Shown here piece by piece: positions 56,005 to 59,764 of a stretch of 59,764 bases of DNA; positions within the stretch are counted from its first letter, which is position 1, and every line of letters begins with the position of its first letter. A program made the translations under genes and the position numbers. The notes beneath the pieces are model-generated. The model was not told the DNA's origin and ran no database searches. It worked only from the letters and a program-made list of their open reading frames with translations. Source of the stretch: Solirubrobacteraceae bacterium (GTDB lineage: Bacteria; Actinomycetota; Thermoleophilia; Solirubrobacterales; Solirubrobacteraceae); NCBI GenBank assembly GCA_036520135.1, contig DATDKF010000003.1, positions 1-59,764 on the forward strand, in the 5' to 3' direction.

Positions 56005-56258
56005 TCGCTCCACACGATTCCCTGCCGGTACGTGTCGGCGAGGACCTCCGGCCGGACGTGGGCGGCGGCGTCATCGAAGTCGCCGCGCTCGAACGCGAGC
56101 GTCGCGCGCAGGACGGAGCCCTCCAGGCCCTCGCGGCGCAGCAGCGCGTCGGCGAGGCGGTCGTCGAACGGCAGCTCGCCGACGACGTCCCAGCCGGCGT
56201 CGAAGATCGGCTGACGGGCGACGACGACCGTCTCGAGCTCTTGCGGATCGTTCGCCAT
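55980..56258 (-). CDS. 92-aa mini-ORF resembling the fused N- and C-termini of an EAL + HDOD signalling protein
   Basis: VVVARQPIFDAGWDVVGEL resembles the EAL-domain N-terminus (ARQPI.D...GYELL). The rest, PFDDRLADALLRREGLEGSVLRATLAFERGDFDDAA...YRQGIVWSDQL, resembles the HDOD-protein C-terminus. Both domain bodies are absent. Confidence 0.4.
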   Translation of the reverse strand: MANDPQELETVVVARQPIFDAGWDVVGELPFDDRLADALLRREGLEGSVLRATLAFERGDFDDAAAHVRPEVLADTYRQGIVWSDQLAPATA

Positions 56259-56316
56259 GGGCTCACAGGCGAATCGGGCGCCCCACGGATTTCTTGAGAT
56301 CGCCGGCGGCCTGGGT

Positions 56317-57150
56317 TCAGCGGCCGAGCAGGAGCTCGCGGACGGCGGCGACCCCGGCGAGATGGCCACTGCCGAGCGCGATCGCCACCTGCTGCGGCGC
56401 GACCGCGACATCGCCCGCCGCGTAGACGCCGGGCACGCTCGTGCGCGCCAGCGCGTCGACGGCGACGAGGTCATCGTCGGTGAGGGCGAGGCCGAGCCGC
56501 TCGGGCAGCCGATCGCGGCGCCGCAGCGGTGCATGCACCAGGACGGCTTCGCACGGCACCTCGGAGCCGTCGCGGAGGACCACCGCGCGCACCGCGCCGT
56601 GCTCCGCCCGCAGCCCGGCCGCCTCGTCGGGCGCGACGACCGTGACGTCCGCGCTCCATCCGCGCAGCAGCGCCGCCTGGAATTCCGCCGTCTCGCCGTC
56701 GCCGTAGACGACGAGCGGGCGGTCGCGGACCTCCCAGCCGTGGCAGAACGGGCAGTGGAACACGCCGCCGCCCCAATGCTCGCTGAAGCCGGGGACGTCG
56801 GGCACCTCGTAGTCCATCCCCGTCGCCAGCACCAGCGCGCGGCTGCGGACCTCGCCGCCGTCGCCGAGCGCCACGGCGAAGCCATCGCCGTCGGCGCGCG
56901 CATCGACGGCATCGGCGTCGCGGACGGCGACCGAGTCGTAGCCGGCGAGCTGCTCGTGCGCGCGGCGGTAGAGGTCGGCGGGAGAGGTGCCGTCGTGGCC
57001 GAGCAGGCCGCCGACGTGCGCGGCAGCGCGATTGCTCTGCCCGCCGCGGTCGAGCAGGAGCGTCCGTCTCCGCGCCCGGCCGAGGACGAGCGCGGCGCTC
57101 AGACCCGCCACGCCGCCGCCGATGATCACGCAGTCCCAGTTGGTGTTCAT
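56317..57150 (-). CDS. NAD(P)/FAD-dependent oxidoreductase (thioredoxin-reductase-like)
   Basis: Contains the VIIGGGVAGLSAA FAD motif, HCPFCHGWE and AAGDV. Confidence 0.88.
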   Translation of the reverse strand: MNTNWDCVIIGGGVAGLSAALVLGRARRRTLLLDRGGQSNRAAAHVGGLLGHDGTSPADLYRRAHEQLAGYDSVAVRDADAVDARADGDGFAVALGDGGEVRSRALVLATGMDYEVPDVPGFSEHWGGGVFHCPFCHGWEVRDRPLVVYGDGETAEFQAALLRGWSADVTVVAPDEAAGLRAEHGAVRAVVLRDGSEVPCEAVLVHAPLRRRDRLPERLGLALTDDDLVAVDALARTSVPGVYAAGDVAVAPQQVAIALGSGHLAGVAAVRELLLGR

Positions 57151-57245
57151 CGGCCAAGGCTAGCGACTCTGAGAATCGTTCTCAACGATCGTAGGTGTGG
57201 CAAGCACCATTGGCCGCCGCGCGACCCGGGCCTACGGTTCGCCCC

Positions 57246-57959
57246 GTGGCGTATCGCGAGTATCGGCCTCCCCCCGGTCTCGAGCCGGTGGTGGCATGCC
57301 TGTGGGAGAACGCGCCGGCCACGGACCGCGCGCAGCGGGTGGTCCCCGACGGGTGCGTCGACCTGATCTGGCTCGCCGATCGCGAGCTGGTGATCGCCGG
57401 CGCCGACACCGGGCCGCGCATCGTGCACCTGCCGGCGGGAACGCTGTCGTCCGGCATCCGCCTGCGTCCGGGCGCGGCCGGGGGGTTCCTCGGCCTGCCG
57501 GCGTCCGAGGTGCGCAACCGCCACGTCGAGGCCGCGCACGTCTGGGACGACGAGGCCACTCGCCTCGCCGACGCTCTGGCCGGCGCGACACCCGGGCGAC
57601 GGCTGGAGATGCTCACCGCCACCGTGGCGCGACGGCACGCGGCGCCCGATCCACTGGTGGCCGGCGCGGCGCGGCGGCTCGCCGCTCCCGGCGCGCGCGT
57701 CGCGGACGTCGCGGCCGCGCTCGGCGTCAGCGAGCGCCAGCTCCACCGGCGGACGCTGGCCGCCATCGGCTACGGGCCGAAGGTGCTCGCCCGGGTCGCC
57801 CGCCTGCGGCGGCTCGTCGCGCTCGCCGAGGAGTCGCTCGCGCTGCGCGCGCTCGAGGCGGGCTACGCGAGCCAGGCGCACATGACCGACGAGGTCCGCC
57901 GCCTGACCGGCCTCACGCCTGTCCGATTCCTGGAAGACGCCGGGCTCACCGCCGCGTAG
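57246..57959 (+). CDS. AraC-family transcriptional regulator
   Basis: The internal GTG 57246 gives VAYREYRPPPGLEPVVACLWE. The C-terminal HTH reads VADVAAALGVSERQLHRR ... GYASQAHMTDEVRRLTG. Confidence 0.85.
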   Translation: MAYREYRPPPGLEPVVACLWENAPATDRAQRVVPDGCVDLIWLADRELVIAGADTGPRIVHLPAGTLSSGIRLRPGAAGGFLGLPASEVRNRHVEAAHVWDDEATRLADALAGATPGRRLEMLTATVARRHAAPDPLVAGAARRLAAPGARVADVAAALGVSERQLHRRTLAAIGYGPKVLARVARLRRLVALAEESLALRALEAGYASQAHMTDEVRRLTGLTPVRFLEDAGLTAA

Positions 57960-57969
57960 CTTCGCGGGC

Positions 57970-58824
57970 ATGCCTGTCGACATCGACGCCGCCGAGCGGT
58001 TCATCCACGCCAACGCCCGGCTGCTCGACCGCCACCGGCTGGCGGTCCTCCTCCACGGCGCCCCGGTCACAACCGTCCTCGCGGCGCTGCGCGCCTACCG
58101 CAACCCCGACGGCGGCTTCGGCCACGGCCTGGAGCCCGACATCCGCGCTCCCGGCAGCGAGCCGGCCGCGGTCGCCCACGCCTTCGAGGTGCTCGCCGAG
58201 ATCTCCAAGCTCGACGATCCGATGGTCGCCGACGCGGCCGCGTGGGTCGCGACGATCGCCGAGCCGGACGGCGGCGTGCCGTTCATGCTGCCCACCGGCG
58301 CGGCGCATCCGCACGCGCCGTTCCTGCGCCCGTCGGCCGGCGGCTCGTTCCTCACCTTCGCGCTCGCGGGGGCGCTGTGGCACGCCGGCTCCAGCGAGCC
58401 GTGGCTCGCGCGCGCGACCGACTGGTGCTGGGCCAGGCTCGACGGCCCCGACGAGCTCGACGCCTACGGAATCAAGTTCGCGCTCGAGTTCCTCGACGCC
58501 GTGCCCGACGCGGACCGCGCCGCCGCTGCGATCGAGCGCCTGCGGCCCCGCCTCGGGGCGGACGGGTCGATCCCGGTCCGCGGCGGCACCGAGCACGAGC
58601 GGCTCACGCCGGTCACGCTCTCGCCGCGGCCCGGCGGCCGCAGCCGCGCGCTGTTCACCGACGACCAGATCGCGGCCGATCTCGACCAGCTCGAAGCCGG
58701 CCAGCAGGACGACGGCGGCTGGGAGATCGACTGGGTCAAGTGGTCGGCGGGCCAGGCCGCGGACGCGCGCGGCGCGGTCACGCTGCGGGCGCTGATGGCG
58801 CTGCGCGCGCACGGGCGCCTGTGA
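57970..58824 (+). CDS. Hypothetical protein, possibly alpha/alpha-toroid (prenyltransferase/terpenoid-cyclase-like repeats)
   Basis: Recurrent DGGF/DGGVPF/DGSIP/DGGWE repeat motifs occur at about 50-aa spacing. Confidence 0.65.
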   Translation: MPVDIDAAERFIHANARLLDRHRLAVLLHGAPVTTVLAALRAYRNPDGGFGHGLEPDIRAPGSEPAAVAHAFEVLAEISKLDDPMVADAAAWVATIAEPDGGVPFMLPTGAAHPHAPFLRPSAGGSFLTFALAGALWHAGSSEPWLARATDWCWARLDGPDELDAYGIKFALEFLDAVPDADRAAAAIERLRPRLGADGSIPVRGGTEHERLTPVTLSPRPGGRSRALFTDDQIAADLDQLEAGQQDDGGWEIDWVKWSAGQAADARGAVTLRALMALRAHGRL

Positions 58825-59354
58825 GGATCGGGATCGGGCTGCCGGCTGCCGTGCCCGGCGCCCCGGCCACGGCGATCGGCGCGTGGGCCGCCGAGAGCGA
58901 GCGCCTCGGCTTCCCGTCGCTCGCCGTGCTCGACCGGCTCGTCTACGACAACCTCGACCCGCTCGTGGCACTGGCGGCGGCCGCCGCGCGGGCCGAGCGC
59001 GCCGAGCTCATGACCACCGTGCTCACCGTTCCCTTCCGCCAGAACGCCGTGGTCCTCGCGAAGCAGCTCGCCTCGCTGGACCAGCTCGCCGGCGGCCGCC
59101 TCACCGCGGGGCTGGCGATCGGCGGCTGGCCGGAGGACTACGCCGCGAGCGCCCTGCCGCTCGCCGGCCGCACCGCGACGCTCGAGGCGATGCTGGGCAC
59201 GATGCGGCGGGTCTGGGCGGGCGAGGTCGCCGCCGACGCGGGCTGCCACGACCTGCTGCTGTTCCCGTGCTCGGGCGACATGGAGCAGATCACGCGGCTC
59301 GCCGAGAGTGTGGCCAGCCCCATGGGTCCGCCTCCGCCCCGACGTACCCTCTGA
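58821..59354 (+). CDS. LLM-class (luciferase-like, F420/flavin-dependent) oxidoreductase, abnormally short (177 aa)
   Basis: GTG 58821 forms a GTGA overlap. The N-terminal 130 aa fit the LLM TIM barrel (RIGIGLP..., ESERLGFPSLAVLDRLVY, LAKQLASLDQLAGGRLTAGLAIGGW). After RRVWAGE the sequence jumps to a C-terminal-like ADAGCHDLLLFPCSGDMEQITRLAESV. Confidence 0.7.
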   Translation: MRIGIGLPAAVPGAPATAIGAWAAESERLGFPSLAVLDRLVYDNLDPLVALAAAAARAERAELMTTVLTVPFRQNAVVLAKQLASLDQLAGGRLTAGLAIGGWPEDYAASALPLAGRTATLEAMLGTMRRVWAGEVAADAGCHDLLLFPCSGDMEQITRLAESVASPMGPPPPRRTL

Positions 59355-59357
59355 TGG

Positions 59358-59764
59358 ATGCCGCTCTCGGCGTTCACCCCGCAGGTACGCGAGTGGTTCG
59401 GCCGTGCGTTCGCGGCGCCGACGCCGGCCCAGGCGCTGGCGTGGCCGGCGATCGCCACCGGCGAGCACACGCTGATCTCCGCGCCGACCGGCTCCGGCAA
59501 GACGCTGGCGGCGTTCCTGTGGGCGATCGACCGGCTCGTCGCCGAGCCGACCGCCGACCGCACGCGGCTCGTCTACGTCTCGCCGCTGAAGGCGCTCTCC
59601 TACGACGTCGAGAAGAACCTGCGCGCGCCGCTGCGCGGCATCGGCGCCGACGTGAAGGTCGCGATCCGCACCGGCGACACGCCGCAGAAGGAGCGGGCGG
59701 CGATGCTCCGGCACCCGCCGGACATCCTCATCACCACGCCCGAGTCGCTGTACCTGATGCTCAC
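59358..59764 (+). CDS. lhr: Lhr-like DEAD/DEAH-box ATP-dependent helicase, N-terminal fragment (continues beyond window end)
   Basis: Absent from the ORF track because it runs off the edge. My translation from ATG 59358 reads [61 protein letters not shown]...[16 protein letters not shown]...[33 protein letters not shown]. It contains a Walker A motif. Confidence 0.85.
   Translation, partial: MPLSAFTPQVREWFGRAFAAPTPAQALAWPAIATGEHTLISAPTGSGKTLAAFLWAIDRLVAEPTADRTRLVYVSPLKALSYDVEKNLRAPLRGIGADVKVAIRTGDTPQKERAAMLRHPPDILITTPESLYLML

Overview
Very GC-rich chromosomal DNA (roughly 70% or more by eye, not computed) with actinobacterial gene content; a Thermoleophilia/Solirubrobacterales-like origin is only a guess. 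I can support about 66 protein genes. I found no rRNA, tRNA, CRISPR array, transposase or integrase. Many long ORFs in the six-frame track are antisense or out-of-frame GC artefacts, and many true starts are internal GTG/TTG codons forming 4-nt NTGA start/stop overlaps with the preceding gene. (1) Bases 1-16.6 kb form a one-carbon/quaternary-amine island. It holds a non-pyrrolysine MttB-family methyltransferase, divergent from an IclR-led operon encoding a corrinoid protein, a methylcorrinoid:THF methyltransferase, a 2Fe-2S/ASKHA reductive activator, DUF1638 and a HAL-family lyase that lacks the canonical Ala-Ser-Gly MIO triad. Next to it is an operon of APC permease, GntR, GMC (choline-dehydrogenase-like) oxidoreductase, MetF-like MTHFR and PurU, plus a nearby aldehyde dehydrogenase. 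This is the best candidate for an undescribed system: corrinoid-dependent betaine demethylation wired to THF-C1 oxidation in an apparently aerobic host, substrate unknown. An uncharacterised nucleotidyltransferase-fold plus metallophosphoesterase pair sits inside this island. (2) Bases 16.6-38 kb are ordinary accessory/housekeeping genes: regulators, cupins, a MoaD plus six-Asp-box propeller pair, MMPL, RNase D, an L,D-transpeptidase, hydrolases and MFS transporters. (3) Bases 38-59.8 kb contain a NarL-type response regulator with a stand-alone HisKA mini-ORF, a fused PafB-PafC-like WYL regulator, a GAF-GGDEF-HD-GYP protein, split dTDP-rhamnose genes, and a striking series of apparent deletion scars. 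In these scars the N- and C-terminal ends of known families are fused with the middle missing. All functional calls come from motif and family recognition by eye; no searches were run.
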